Positions 19,413 through 29,970 of a stretch of 64,000 nucleotides of DNA are shown here, piece after piece; positions within the stretch are counted from its first letter, which is position 1, and every line of letters starts with the position of its first letter. The translations under genes and the position numbers were made by a program. The notes under the pieces are model-generated. The model saw only the letters and a list, made by a program, of their open reading frames with translations. It did not search any database and was not told the DNA's origin. The stretch covers positions 2,304,001 through 2,368,000 of the forward strand of contig CBDBCZ010000019.1 in NCBI GenBank assembly GCA_965203295.1. The letters run 5' to 3'. Source of the stretch: Nitrospirales bacterium. Lineage in GTDB: Bacteria > Nitrospirota > Nitrospiria > Nitrospirales > UBA8639.

Positions 19413-19467
19413 CCCGACAGTAGAGTTTCTGCGTGATCATCATGATGAGATCTTCTCCGCAAATTGT

Positions 19468-19496
19468 TTGACCCTTCTTTAACTAATCAGTAAAAT
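19468..19496 (+). promoter_or_regulatory. Sigma70-type promoter of the glycosyltransferase operon
   Basis: TTGACC-N17-TAAAAT. Confidence 0.6.
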
Positions 19497-19624
19497 GGTC
19501 TGGTAATCGAACTCATAGACTTTTCCCTCTCCTACGAGTTGACCAAATACCGCACAATTTTCTTTAAAGAACTGATGCTCGTTCCGTTCGTCTTCCAGTC
19601 TTCACTTTCAGGAACATTCTCTTC

Positions 19625-20377
19625 ATGAGTCAAAACCTCACACCGTGGATCTCTGTCGTGATTCCGATAAAGGATGAGCGCGATAATCTCCACCCGTTAA
19701 CCACCCAACTCCAGAAAGTCCTCAGCACACGTGAAGAGACCAAAGAGGCTACCTTTGAAATCATTTATGTCAATGATGGCAGTACTGATGGAAGCGAGGC
19801 CATTCTTTCTAGTCTTTCCAAGGAATACCAAGAAGTTCGGGTCGTCCATTTTGACCAAAACTACGGGCAAACAGCCGGGTTCATAGCTGGGTTTCACCAT
19901 GCCCGTGGCAACCTGATTGTGACGTTGGACGGGGATTTGCAATATGATCCAGCCGATATTGCCAAACTCCTTCCTTTTACTTCTCAATACGATCTTGTGT
20001 GTGGCCGCCGTCAAAAACGAACTGATCATCTTATCCGAAAGCTCTCTTCGCGTCTTGCCTTTTTCGTACGGAATGCGGTCATTCATGACGGAATTCACGA
20101 CACAGGATGTTCACTGAAAATCTTCCAGCGACGCGTGTTTGCGATCATTCCCCCTTTCAAGGGAATGCATCGGTTTTTTCCTGCTCTTGCGCAAATGCAT
20201 GGATTTTCCGTGAAGGAGGTTCTCGTCCAACATTTCTCGAGGGCTCACGGATATTCCAAGTACGGGGTTGGCAATCGGTTGTTCGCGGGCTTGTACGATC
20301 TCATCGCCGTACGGTGGATGCAAAAACGATATGTTCAGTACCACGTTAAGAATCTGGACGGCTCTGGAAAAGAATAA
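19625..20377 (+). CDS. GT2 polyprenol-phosphate glycosyltransferase (ArnC/RgtE-like)
   Basis: SVVIP, NDGSTDGS, NYGQTA, TLDGDLQYDP, HDTGCSLK, GMHRFFP. Confidence 0.92.
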   Translation: MSQNLTPWISVVIPIKDERDNLHPLTTQLQKVLSTREETKEATFEIIYVNDGSTDGSEAILSSLSKEYQEVRVVHFDQNYGQTAGFIAGFHHARGNLIVTLDGDLQYDPADIAKLLPFTSQYDLVCGRRQKRTDHLIRKLSSRLAFFVRNAVIHDGIHDTGCSLKIFQRRVFAIIPPFKGMHRFFPALAQMHGFSVKEVLVQHFSRAHGYSKYGVGNRLFAGLYDLIAVRWMQKRYVQYHVKNLDGSGKE

Positions 20378-20382
20378 ACTAC

Positions 20383-20508
20383 GTTTTGGGTTTAAAGTTT
20401 CGGGTTAAAAACTTCAATTTTCTATTTTTCGTTGTGGTTAAAGCTTTTTCAGTTTCTGTAGCTGGTAAAAGAAACGTAATTCCCTACTCCAAACTTGAAA
20501 CTTTCAAA
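20383..20508. repeat. Inverted heptamer arrays bracketing the intergenic spacer
   Basis: GTTTTGGGTTTAAAGTTTCGGGTT at left, AAACTTGAAACTTTCAAA at right. Confidence 0.5.
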
Positions 20509-20513
20509 TCTTT

Positions 20514-20795
20514 ATGACGACCATAGAGGCTATATGGTTAGGTATTGGATTCCTCGGGCAGGGTATGTTCTTTTCCCGATGGCTCATCCAATGGGTCACA
20601 TCGGAACGAAAAGCGGAAAGTAGTATGCCCATTATGTTTTGGTACCTCAGTCTGGTGGGTGGACTCATTACCTTGGCCTATGCCATTTATCGAAAGGATC
20701 CCGTTTTTATCACTGGGCAAGGCGTTGGTGCCTTTGTTTATCTTCGAAATCTCATGCTCATCCATCAGTCCCGAAAACGACCGACAAGTGGCTGA
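20514..20795 (+). CDS. Lipid A biosynthesis N-terminal domain (LAB_N) membrane protein
   Basis: GFLGQGMFFSRWLIQW..SE, FWYLSLVGG, YAIYRKDPVFITGQ, YLRNL. Confidence 0.9.
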   Translation: MTTIEAIWLGIGFLGQGMFFSRWLIQWVTSERKAESSMPIMFWYLSLVGGLITLAYAIYRKDPVFITGQGVGAFVYLRNLMLIHQSRKRPTSG

Positions 20796-22611
20796 CCTGA
20801 GCAATCCCTCCGCAACACCATCCTCTCATCCTCACTGGCTTCACCTTGTTCTTCTCCTCTCACTCGCAAGCCTTCTTCTCCTCACCGGGCTCGGCACGCT
20901 TGGCCTGACTGATCGTGACGAGGGCAGCAACGCAGAAGCTGCCCGGGAAATGCTCGAAACAGGAGATTGGATTTCGCCAACGTTGAATTACGAACCCCGA
21001 TACGCGAAACCCGCTTTTGTCTACTGGGTGATAAGTGGGACCTATTCACTTTTTGGGATTAACGAATTTTCTGCACGCCTTCCTTCTGCCCTTTTTGGCA
21101 TCGCCCTCCTCCTTCTTCACTACTACTTTCTTACTCGAGTCGCGGGGTCAAGTGTGGCGTGGGTTGGTTCACTCATGCTCTTGTTGAACGTTGAGGTCGT
21201 CGCCATCTTCCGGATGGTCTTGACTGACCCTGAACTCGTCTTCTTTACCACATTGTCCGTTTACAGTTTCTGGTTAGGGTTTAAAGGAAAAGGATCAGAA
21301 CGACATTACCTGTGGCTGTTTTACATCGGTATGGGCCTGGCGATGTTGACGAAAGGACCTGTGGGGATCCTGATTCCATTACTGGCCGTCGTTCCTTATC
21401 TCACACTCACACGTCAATGGCGGCAGTATTGGCAAAAAGGCTTTCCCGTTGTGGGCGTTCTTATTTTCATCGTGATTGCGGCTCCATGGTATCTGGCGAT
21501 GTTTGCGATCCACGGCGCTGAGTATGCTGCTGCGGCTCAGGCCAATACCACTGGGCGTTTTGCTAACCCCATGGAGGGACACAGCGGTACGTTCCTTTTT
21601 TATTTTCCTATCTTATTATTTGGGTTTTTCCCGTGGAGTGGTTTGCTACCTGTGGCACTCTATCAAGTTTTTCAAGACTGGCGAGGAAGCAAAGGAACAA
21701 GGCAAAAGAGCCGTCATGATGCCGTGGGCCCAAACGCCCAGGAAGTCTCATCAAGCCAAGAACAAGGAGCGAATGGTCAGAAGGTTGAAACCCTGCCACT
21801 CCCTAACAAGACCTTTCTCGTTCACGCAGCTCAATCCGAAAAGGACCTGGCTTTATTCATGGGCCTTTGGGTGGTGGGCATCTTTATTTTTTTCACTCTG
21901 TCGGCCACACGGCTCCCCCATTACATTCTTCCACTCTACCCAGCCGCCTCGATTCTGACGGCACTTTTCTGGACTCGCTGCCTCCAGCATACGTCAATGG
22001 CTGGACTTCATACCGCTTTGCGGATCCTTCTTTTTACCGGCTATCTCTTTGGACTGATACTGGCTTCTCTGCCAGTCGTGTATGAAGCTTTCACGAAGGA
22101 GATTGCCAAGGAGTTTCCGGCTGCTACCCAAGTCGACGTTGGACTCACACTCATTCTCGCTGGGGTTGTCATCATCATAGGGGTCATGCTCATTCGTCAT
22201 TTTGGGAGAAGCGATTCACAACACACTCATGCCTTTGGGGCCGCCTGTGCGATGATGGTTTCGGTCCTGTTGATTATTCTATTGCTCGCCATCCCTCGAT
22301 ACAGTCAGTTTTTCATTCGCCCACCTCAGGAACTGGCCGCTATCGCAGGGTTGAACCTTGGGCCAAACGATCGGTTGATTCAATTTGGCCGAAAACGGCC
22401 ATCCCTCGTTTTCTACGCCCAACGCAGGGTCTATCAAATCAATGCCGGAGAGGATGAAAGATTCCTGCCTCATCTAGACGCTGGAGGACGATTGATGATC
22501 ATTCTTCAGTCCCATCTACGGTCCCGCTTACCTCAACCGATTTCCGAATTTCCCGTTGTTCTGCAGCGATATGGATTTTCCTTGCTGTCGAGTGAATCTT
22601 TCGTGAAATAA
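20788..22611 (+). CDS. ArnT/GT39-family lipid A glycosyltransferase
   Basis: DRDEGSNAEAAREM..GDW, YAKPAFVYW, SARLPSA, LTKGPVG, RLPHYILP; GTG start overlapping the LAB_N stop. Confidence 0.9.
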   Translation: MADLSNPSATPSSHPHWLHLVLLLSLASLLLLTGLGTLGLTDRDEGSNAEAAREMLETGDWISPTLNYEPRYAKPAFVYWVISGTYSLFGINEFSARLPSALFGIALLLLHYYFLTRVAGSSVAWVGSLMLLLNVEVVAIFRMVLTDPELVFFTTLSVYSFWLGFKGKGSERHYLWLFYIGMGLAMLTKGPVGILIPLLAVVPYLTLTRQWRQYWQKGFPVVGVLIFIVIAAPWYLAMFAIHGAEYAAAAQANTTGRFANPMEGHSGTFLFYFPILLFGFFPWSGLLPVALYQVFQDWRGSKGTRQKSRHDAVGPNAQEVSSSQEQGANGQKVETLPLPNKTFLVHAAQSEKDLALFMGLWVVGIFIFFTLSATRLPHYILPLYPAASILTALFWTRCLQHTSMAGLHTALRILLFTGYLFGLILASLPVVYEAFTKEIAKEFPAATQVDVGLTLILAGVVIIIGVMLIRHFGRSDSQHTHAFGAACAMMVSVLLIILLLAIPRYSQFFIRPPQELAAIAGLNLGPNDRLIQFGRKRPSLVFYAQRRVYQINAGEDERFLPHLDAGGRLMIILQSHLRSRLPQPISEFPVVLQRYGFSLLSSESFVK

Positions 22612-22613
22612 TT

Positions 22614-22666
22614 AGTCTGGAATCCTGAGTCTGGAGTCAACATTCTTAAGACACAAGACTTTGGAC
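22614..22666. repeat. Inverted heptamer-repeat array
   Basis: AGTCTGG AATCCTG AGTCTGG AGTC ... GACACAA GACTTTG GAC. Confidence 0.55.
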
Positions 22667-22778
22667 GAGGGACACTGGTTGGGTTTCAATCGTTCCAATT
22701 TCATGAACCCTCAGTTTTACAAAATCTATTGCATCAAGTTTCTCGTGCCCGATTTTATGCAGTCAACGACCATACAGA

Positions 22779-23903
22779 TCATTGAAGGATTATTGGGATA
22801 ATGCCTTTCAAATTCTGAACAAGCCACAATGCACCAATGAGAGCTGGAAGGGCTAAGAAATTCCCGATCAGTCCACTCCCAAGTCTATCATTTTGTTCAG
22901 CTTGAGCGAGCCACCATCCCAATCCGGCTAAGATCGTCACCAGGATGATGATGACGGATTGGGTAAAGATAGCTGCTCCCAATGCAATGGTCAACACACA
23001 TTCCCGACTCCCAAACCACCCGAATGGTTTTTCAATATTGTGTTTCCTTAAGAGAAACGTTCTTAACCCAAAGCCCAGGACCATGACGATAGAGCCACCC
23101 AAGATCATCGCCTCTCTTCCATTGCTGATATATGACTGGTCAAGGCTGAGCCAGATGATACTAAAGCACACCACCGCAAACGGCATGGCACCACACAAGC
23201 CCTGGTAGGCTGAGCTTTTCCAATCCTTGAGGGGCCTTGCCCACACATATCCCACGAGGTATCCGAACAACGCCCCCCCCATCACATCGGTAGGAAAGTG
23301 CGATCCTCGTGCTATCCTGGTCATAGCGACAAAAAGGGCCGCACCGTACCAGAGCCATACTCCTCTCGGAAATACTTTGGCTAACACAGCCGCCACCGCA
23401 AACGTCGCAGAAGAATGCCCAGACGGGAAGGTATCAAGTCCACCTTGAAGGGAAGGCCCAAACTGAAAAGGATCTTGATGGGTGAATCGCGGACGAGGGC
23501 GTCCAACGAGATGTTTCGGAATCTGCGCGCCTAATCCGGCAATGACATGGGCGAATAGACTATTCCACCCCGCCTGACGCCATTCGGCCCGTTTCCACCA
23601 GTATCCGACTCCAAGCAGTGCGCCACTAATCACGACAAGGGTCACTCCATGACCAAGACGGTAACCCATATCTCCGATTTGTTCGAGGAGAGGGTTATGA
23701 AAGGATCGAAGAAAGAGGATGACAGGGTAATCCGCTTGCGCGAGGGCGCCAAACATTCCAAGGATGGCCGCAAGAGACAGGAGGCAAACCAACCAGGGCT
23801 TTAGAGATCTAGCACCCTTCGAGCCATTGGTTCTTGCAGAAAGCGTGGGAGAAGATGTTGCGGATGCATTCACATTGGAGTCATCGCTTCCAGAAACATT
23901 CAT
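22779..23903 (-). CDS. PAP2-family membrane phosphatase
   Basis: KHLVGRPRP, FPSGH, TRIARGSHFPTDV. Confidence 0.92.
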   Translation of the reverse strand: MNVSGSDDSNVNASATSSPTLSARTNGSKGARSLKPWLVCLLSLAAILGMFGALAQADYPVILFLRSFHNPLLEQIGDMGYRLGHGVTLVVISGALLGVGYWWKRAEWRQAGWNSLFAHVIAGLGAQIPKHLVGRPRPRFTHQDPFQFGPSLQGGLDTFPSGHSSATFAVAAVLAKVFPRGVWLWYGAALFVAMTRIARGSHFPTDVMGGALFGYLVGYVWARPLKDWKSSAYQGLCGAMPFAVVCFSIIWLSLDQSYISNGREAMILGGSIVMVLGFGLRTFLLRKHNIEKPFGWFGSRECVLTIALGAAIFTQSVIIILVTILAGLGWWLAQAEQNDRLGSGLIGNFLALPALIGALWLVQNLKGIIPIILQ

Positions 23904-23966
23904 CAGGCATCTCGAATGCCCGCCACTTTCTTTTTTTCAGTATCTGCGGTCATGACTGACTTTTCT

Positions 23967-25064
23967 CTAAGGCACCCAATCAGCTAAAAACACATTAAAC
24001 TCATGTGGTTCTGTCGCATTCCGATCAGACGCCCAGACAAGTTTTGTCCCATCCGGAGAAAATATCGGAAAACTGTTGAAATGGCCCTCGAAAGTCAGCT
24101 GCATCAATTCCGTGCCATCTTCATTTATCATATACAAATGGAAAGAAGGGCGGCCCTTTCCATTCTTGCGTGAAGAAATGTTCGAAGAAAAGATAATCCT
24201 CTTGCCATCAGGATGAAAGTAAGGTGCAAAATTGGAAGCTCCATTGGCAGTGACTTGACGCTTTTCCGACCCATCTGCGTTCATCACGAATATTTCCAAA
24301 TTTGACGGCTCGATGAGATTCAATGCAAGAAGCTCCTGGTACCCTCTAAGCTCATCTTCGGTTTTCGGATGGGAAGCACGATACACGATCCGTTTGCTAT
24401 CTGGGGAAAAAAAGGCACCCCCATCATATCCGACTTCATGGGTCAACCGTTTGATATGAGTACCATCAATGTTCATCCTGTACAAGTCGATATCCCCATC
24501 TCGAACCGACGTAAACACGATGGTTCTCCCATCTGGAGAAACCGTGGCTTCGGCATCATAACCCGGAGTCGCCGTCAGTCGCTGTATGTCTTTTCCATCA
24601 ATGTGTACAGAATAGATGTCGTAATCATTCAATGCCCAACGGTACCGTTCAGACCTTTTGGGCCGAGGAGGACAATTGTGATCGACTCGGTGCGTCGAGG
24701 AAAACAACACCCGTCGCCCGCCAGGGAAAAAATACCCGCATGTCGTCCCTCCCAGCCCAGTACTCACCCTCCTCATGTTCGTTCCATCAAGATCCATCAC
24801 ATACATCTGATAACAAAATCCTAGTTTCTTCCTCGCGGGGTCCTTTGTTGATTGAAAAATCAATTTATCCCCATCGAAGGAAAAATAGGCCTCCGCATTT
24901 TTCCCACCTGCAGTAAGCTGTTGAACATTGGCCAAATGACCTTCCGCTGTTACGGACGAAGCGAGACTCTCTTTTGCCATGCCCTGGCCCAATAAGGCTC
25001 CCAGGTGAAGTCCGACACATGCGAAGAGGCCAAAAGTGAGATTGAACATTCGTCTGATTCGCAT
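23967..25064 (-). CDS. Secreted TolB-like PD40 beta-propeller protein
   Basis: NAEAYFSFDG, YDAEATVSPDG, YDGGAFFSPD, NFAPYFHPDG repeats; ATG at 25064 after AAGGA. Confidence 0.9.
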   Translation of the reverse strand: MRIRRMFNLTFGLFACVGLHLGALLGQGMAKESLASSVTAEGHLANVQQLTAGGKNAEAYFSFDGDKLIFQSTKDPARKKLGFCYQMYVMDLDGTNMRRVSTGLGGTTCGYFFPGGRRVLFSSTHRVDHNCPPRPKRSERYRWALNDYDIYSVHIDGKDIQRLTATPGYDAEATVSPDGRTIVFTSVRDGDIDLYRMNIDGTHIKRLTHEVGYDGGAFFSPDSKRIVYRASHPKTEDELRGYQELLALNLIEPSNLEIFVMNADGSEKRQVTANGASNFAPYFHPDGKRIIFSSNISSRKNGKGRPSFHLYMINEDGTELMQLTFEGHFNSFPIFSPDGTKLVWASDRNATEPHEFNVFLADWVP

Positions 25065-25074
25065 TGTTTTCCTT

Positions 25075-27264
25075 TCAAGCTGCATCAAGCTGAATCTTTA
25101 AAGGCGACCCCGGTGGGTTGAACATTCCACGGACCAACACCTTCCCGTCGCGAAACACCAGATAACTGTCCCACCCATAGAAAAATAAAAGCCGAGCAAC
25201 ATGCTTCACTGCCGAGGGAGACAGTCCAAAAAACAGAGATACCACACCATCTGGATACAACAGGAGACGAGCAAAGCCATGCCTGACCCTTCAAAGGTTT
25301 GTCCCTGAATCGTGAAGCGACCCTGGTCAACCTGCACCTTTTCTCCGCACCCCGCCAATCTTTCACCGACCATTTGGTCATGCTTCGGGTTGCCCAAAAT
25401 TAGAGTCGATGCCTGTCTTTCTGCTGCATATTCATCAGTCTGTTGAACAATCCCGGAATCTCGTGAGTGAATATGTCGAAGGGTCGGTTGGTATGCTTCG
25501 CGTTCTTCTTGGGGAGCCTTTCTCGAGGCCACCACGACTTGGAATTGATCAGTCGCCCATACGTTCAGCATAGGCGGGATGTGATGACGATCAAGCCGCC
25601 GGAGACTTTCGAAATAAGGGTCGAGGGTCAAGGACATTGGGCGTGCAGGAACAACAATTTTGAAAATATGTTCGGAAGACTCTAGAACAAAAATCGTGCG
25701 ATGTGTTTCCCCTGTTGCTAATTCGACGACGACAGGGATCTTCAGGCGATAGGATGATGCTACTTGCTTGAATCTGACGGTCAATTGAAATTCTTCGGAG
25801 GAGTGAGGAGAAGGCTCGATGTTCCAATCAACGATCTTAAGAGACGGAGCCCCTTGCTGTTGGACCCACTGATGAAAAAACCAATGAAGATCTCGATTCG
25901 ATACTTCACCAAATACTTTTTCAAGATCCTCCCATCCTGTATACATAACTGTCCGATCCTCGACCAATCGTCGAGCCCCTGAGAAAAACGCTTGGTCACC
26001 AATTTCCAATCGAAGCATATGAAAAATTATGGCTGCTTTTTGGTATCCAATGGCATTATCCAATCGCGTTTCTTTATGATGGAGTCGAACCCAGTGGGGG
26101 AGTCGCATACAGGCTATATTCATAAAACATTCGCTTCCGCAAGGACAACGCTTTCTCGGGAGGGCTATGGAGTTCCTCAAAATAATAATTGGCCATATAG
26201 GTGGTCAGACCTTCCACCCAGTTCCCGGTCGAAAAATCATTCAGCACAGAATTTCCATACCAGGAATGCACAATTTCATGGCCTAGAGAATATGGCTGCG
26301 TATATCCGCGCTTGATCATACGATTTCCTAATAGGGTATAGGAAGGGAGCCCTATCCCGCTTGGAAAAAAATTCTCCACGACAGCAAATTTGGGAAAGGG
26401 ATAGGGACCAAGAAGCTTCGTGTAAAACTTCAAATAGGTGATCGTGGCGTTTAGATACAGCTCTGACAAATGCGCTTCACTCGGAAAAAGATAGGTCGCT
26501 ATTTCAATTCCCTGCCATTCTCGTTGGTTCTTCACAAACTGATTGGCGACTAAGGTGAGGGCTTCACTGGTGGTGCTAACTTGCCATGTCGAGGTTCGAT
26601 TCTTATTTTAGGTAGAGCGGGATACTTCCTTTCCTTGTGTCACCACCTCCCATGCATTGGGAACTGTCGCCTGGACATCAAAGGTTGACAAAGTGCCAGG
26701 TAGGTACGGATACCATGCAGTCTCCGAAGTGAGGTAGACGCCTTCAGGCCCAATATGGCCATTGGTTTTATCCGGACGGACAAACCGCAACCCCTTCCCA
26801 GCCTGGGGCGGCTCATTAATAAGCCCATGGTAACTGACAGTGAGGCTAAGGGGATACAGACTCGTTTGAGCAGAATCGGTCCAGGATAACTCAATGACTT
26901 GAATGTTTCCTTCCCGATTCCCGTCTTGTCCCGATGGTTCAATTCGGCGGTAGGGAATGCGTTTCCCTTGAAGCAGGACGTGATCAATGGAGAAGTGCTT
27001 GTTTAACAGAACCTTCAACGATTTTGAGCCCGTGAATTGATCAGGATGTAAGACAAGGGTATCTTCAGCCGCCAATTCATGGGAATCCGGATTTATTTGA
27101 ACGCGGAGCTTATGGTGCACGACCTTGGCCTCTGCTTCAATCAGACTGATACTCATACAAAGCGAAATCCCCACTACCATCAGCAGTACCTCTACAACCT
27201 TTCTAGGAACCATGGGATATCGCGTTCCTTCCAAAGTGCTTGTCCTCAAATTTGGAGTGATCAT
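25075..27264 (-). pseudogene. M1-family aminopeptidase, disrupted
   Basis: HEIVHSWYGN...WVEGLTTY, GYQKAAIIFHML; in-frame TAA at 26608-26610, frameshifts near 26095 and 25260. Confidence 0.88.
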
Positions 27265-28182
27265 CTAGTTTCCGCCTTCAAGCAACGCGTCTACGAATTC
27301 TCGGGCTCGAAAATCTTGAAGATCGTCTTCCTGTTCACCCACGCCGATTAAGCGAACCGGAACCTGAAGCTCCTCGGCAATGGCCACAAGGACTCCACCC
27401 TTTGCTGTTCCATCTAATTTAGTAATTGCCAATCCTGTGACTCCCAATGCCTCGTGAAACTGCTTCGCCTGCGCTAAACCGTTTTGTCCAATGGTCCCGT
27501 CCAGGGTTAAGAGCGTTTCGTGAGGAGCCCCAGGCAGTTCGCGATCGAGGACTCGTTTCATTTTTTTAAGCTCTTCCATCAGATTGAATTTCGTATGAAG
27601 ACGGCCAGCGGTGTCAATCAACACCACCCCAACCCCACGGGCATTCGCTGCAACAATCCCATCAAATACGACGGCAGAAGGGTCGGCCCCGTGCCGATGT
27701 TTAATCACATCCACTCCAATTTTTTTTCCCCAAAACTCTAACTGTTCGATGGCTGCAGCCCGGAAGGTATCAGCCGCTACCAAAAGCGGGTTGATCCCAT
27801 TCTGCTTGAGACGGCTGGCCAGTTTAGCCAGGCTGGTTGTCTTTCCTACTCCATTCACCCCTATCGACAAAATGACGAACGGTTTCGGGCCTTTTTTAAT
27901 GATCGATTCCAATGATTCAGACTCAGCGGGTTTCAATATTTCATACAGACCATCTTTCAGAACGCCTAACGCACCAGCTGCATCAGTGCCTCGCATATTC
28001 GTTTTTAATCGGTCCATCAATCGATCAACTGCTCGTACGCCTACGTCGGCCCGTAATAAAGCTTCTTCCACCTCTTCCAACACTTGAGGATCTAATCCAC
28101 GTCCAACCAAACGCCGCAAAGATTCCTCAACATTTTGTCGAGTTTTCCCTAAACCTTGCTGTAAGCGTTCAAACCATTTCAT
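27265..28182 (-). CDS. ftsY: Signal recognition particle receptor (NG-only)
   Basis: GVNGVGKTT, DTFRAAA, DTAGRLH, TKLDGTAKGG. Confidence 0.97.
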   Translation of the reverse strand: MKWFERLQQGLGKTRQNVEESLRRLVGRGLDPQVLEEVEEALLRADVGVRAVDRLMDRLKTNMRGTDAAGALGVLKDGLYEILKPAESESLESIIKKGPKPFVILSIGVNGVGKTTSLAKLASRLKQNGINPLLVAADTFRAAAIEQLEFWGKKIGVDVIKHRHGADPSAVVFDGIVAANARGVGVVLIDTAGRLHTKFNLMEELKKMKRVLDRELPGAPHETLLTLDGTIGQNGLAQAKQFHEALGVTGLAITKLDGTAKGGVLVAIAEELQVPVRLIGVGEQEDDLQDFRAREFVDALLEGGN

Positions 28183-28258
28183 GGTTACGAGATGAACCTC
28201 CTGAATGCCATTTTCTGCTTTCCCTTCTTAAGCATGCCATGCTGTTGAGGGAATTTTT

Positions 28259-28714
28259 TTACTTTCGTTTGACCAATTTTGGGAACGGTTTCAAGGATTC
28301 AAACAACGCCTGCTCTTTTCGACGCATCCGACGAGCTTCCCGATCCCCCTGTTCATGGTCATACCCCAATAAATGCAAAACTCCATGGATCAACAGGCTG
28401 ATCAGTTCCTCATCCACTGAATGATCAAAGGCAGAAGCTTGTCGCTCAGCCGTAGGATAGGCGATCACCACATCACCAAGGAGGGAGGATCGAAAACCAG
28501 GAGAAACCCGAAGTGGGAACGCCAAGACATCCGTCGTTTTATCTCGCTCCCGATACTCTCGATTCAAACGACGCATTCGGGTATTCCCAATAATCTCGAG
28601 ACTTAATTCAGCCTGTTGTTCTCCTACAAGTTCGAGAAGATGCTGAGCCAACCGAGAAAGGACCGACATGCGGACAGGTGACCGGCGAAGGCGACTACGA
28701 ACAACGACCGGCAT
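28259..28714 (-). CDS. ybeY: rRNA maturation RNase YbeY
   Basis: TDVLAFP, LGDVVI, HGVLHLLGYDH. Confidence 0.95.
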   Translation of the reverse strand: MPVVVRSRLRRSPVRMSVLSRLAQHLLELVGEQQAELSLEIIGNTRMRRLNREYRERDKTTDVLAFPLRVSPGFRSSLLGDVVIAYPTAERQASAFDHSVDEELISLLIHGVLHLLGYDHEQGDREARRMRRKEQALFESLKPFPKLVKRK

Positions 28715-29772
28715 CAGGCTGGTGGGTCTTCAGTTTTCCGATTGGGTCCTGGTTGAGTCCTTCCAGAACGAGAGCGAACCTTAGAGGGGGCGGAACTCCC
28801 TTTCGATTGGGGGCTCGAGGGATCACCACCATTTTGATGTTGATCGTAGGCCTTCACGATCGCTTGAACCAACCGATGACGCACAACATCCCGATCATTG
28901 AAATACACGAATTGAATTCCTTCAATTCCCTTCAAAATGCCAGTGACTTGGATAAGACCGGAAGTTCGATCTGGAGGCAAATCCACCTGGGTGATATCTC
29001 CGGTTATCACAGCCTTGGAGTTAAACCCTAATCGGGTCAGGAACATTTTCATTTGCTCGGCCGTCGCATTTTGCGCTTCATCCAAAATCACAAAGGCATC
29101 GTTCAGCGTTCGTCCTCTCATAAATGCCAACGGGGCCATTTCAATTTCTCCCCGCTCGATGAGTCTATTGGCGCGATCGATATCCATCATTCCGTACAGC
29201 GCGTCATACAGGGGACGAAGATAGGGATGGACCTTGGCAAACATGTCACCGGGCAAAAACCCTAAATGCTCTCCGGCTTCCACGGCTGGTCGAGCCAACA
29301 CAATGCGACTCACCTGTTTTTTGCTTAATGCGGTCAAGGCCATCGCCATGGCCAAATAGGTTTTCCCTGTTCCGGCAGGACCAATCGCGATGACTAAATC
29401 ATGCTGTTGAATTGCTTCAATATACGCTTGCTGAGAAGGGCTTTTAGGAGAAACAGAGGTTTTAGGAGTATGGATAGAAGAACTCTTAAAAAGCAGGGAT
29501 TGGAGAGGAGTCTCCGAATCGCCTTCCGTCGCTTTGAGCACTCGGGCCACGTCTTCGGCCTTCAGCTCCTGCCGTTTAATCGTCCATTCCGCTAACTCTG
29601 ACAAAAGACGTTCGGCTTTCAATACAGCATCCGGCTCTCCTTCCAAGGTGACTTCATCACCCCGAGCAGACAACTGTACTCGAAGTTCATCTTCAATGAG
29701 CCTCAAGTGTAAATCATAGGGACCAAACAACGTTGCAAGATTGACCCCTTCGCGAAGCTTTACTTTACGCAC
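28714..29772 (-). CDS. phoH: PhoH-like ATPase (YbeZ)
   Basis: GPAGTGKTYLA, RPAVEAGE.LGFLPGD, MRGRTL, DEAQN. Confidence 0.95.
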   Translation of the reverse strand: MRKVKLREGVNLATLFGPYDLHLRLIEDELRVQLSARGDEVTLEGEPDAVLKAERLLSELAEWTIKRQELKAEDVARVLKATEGDSETPLQSLLFKSSSIHTPKTSVSPKSPSQQAYIEAIQQHDLVIAIGPAGTGKTYLAMAMALTALSKKQVSRIVLARPAVEAGEHLGFLPGDMFAKVHPYLRPLYDALYGMMDIDRANRLIERGEIEMAPLAFMRGRTLNDAFVILDEAQNATAEQMKMFLTRLGFNSKAVITGDITQVDLPPDRTSGLIQVTGILKGIEGIQFVYFNDRDVVRHRLVQAIVKAYDQHQNGGDPSSPQSKGSSAPSKVRSRSGRTQPGPNRKTEDPPA

Positions 29773-29970
29773 GCCAGTAGTCTATTTCCTCCTTCGAATG
29801 AGCTGAATTTTTATTCTAACAAAGGGTGAAAAAGCAAACAAGATAATCAAAGTTTGGGAAACTCTCGATGCCATGCCATTGTGAATGTGAAGCGCTTTCA
29901 AAACCCAAGCCTATCAGGAGCCTCCGAAATCTTTCCTTACTCAGGGTTGCATAAAAAACTCTTTTCCCAT

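Noticed and set aside
20545..20787. N-terminal extension of the ArnT ORF overlapping LAB_N
   Set aside because: ORF-caller artefact; GTG at 20788 is the plausible start. The same applies to the extensions on rho, nusA, rbfA, alaC, ampG and rpsO
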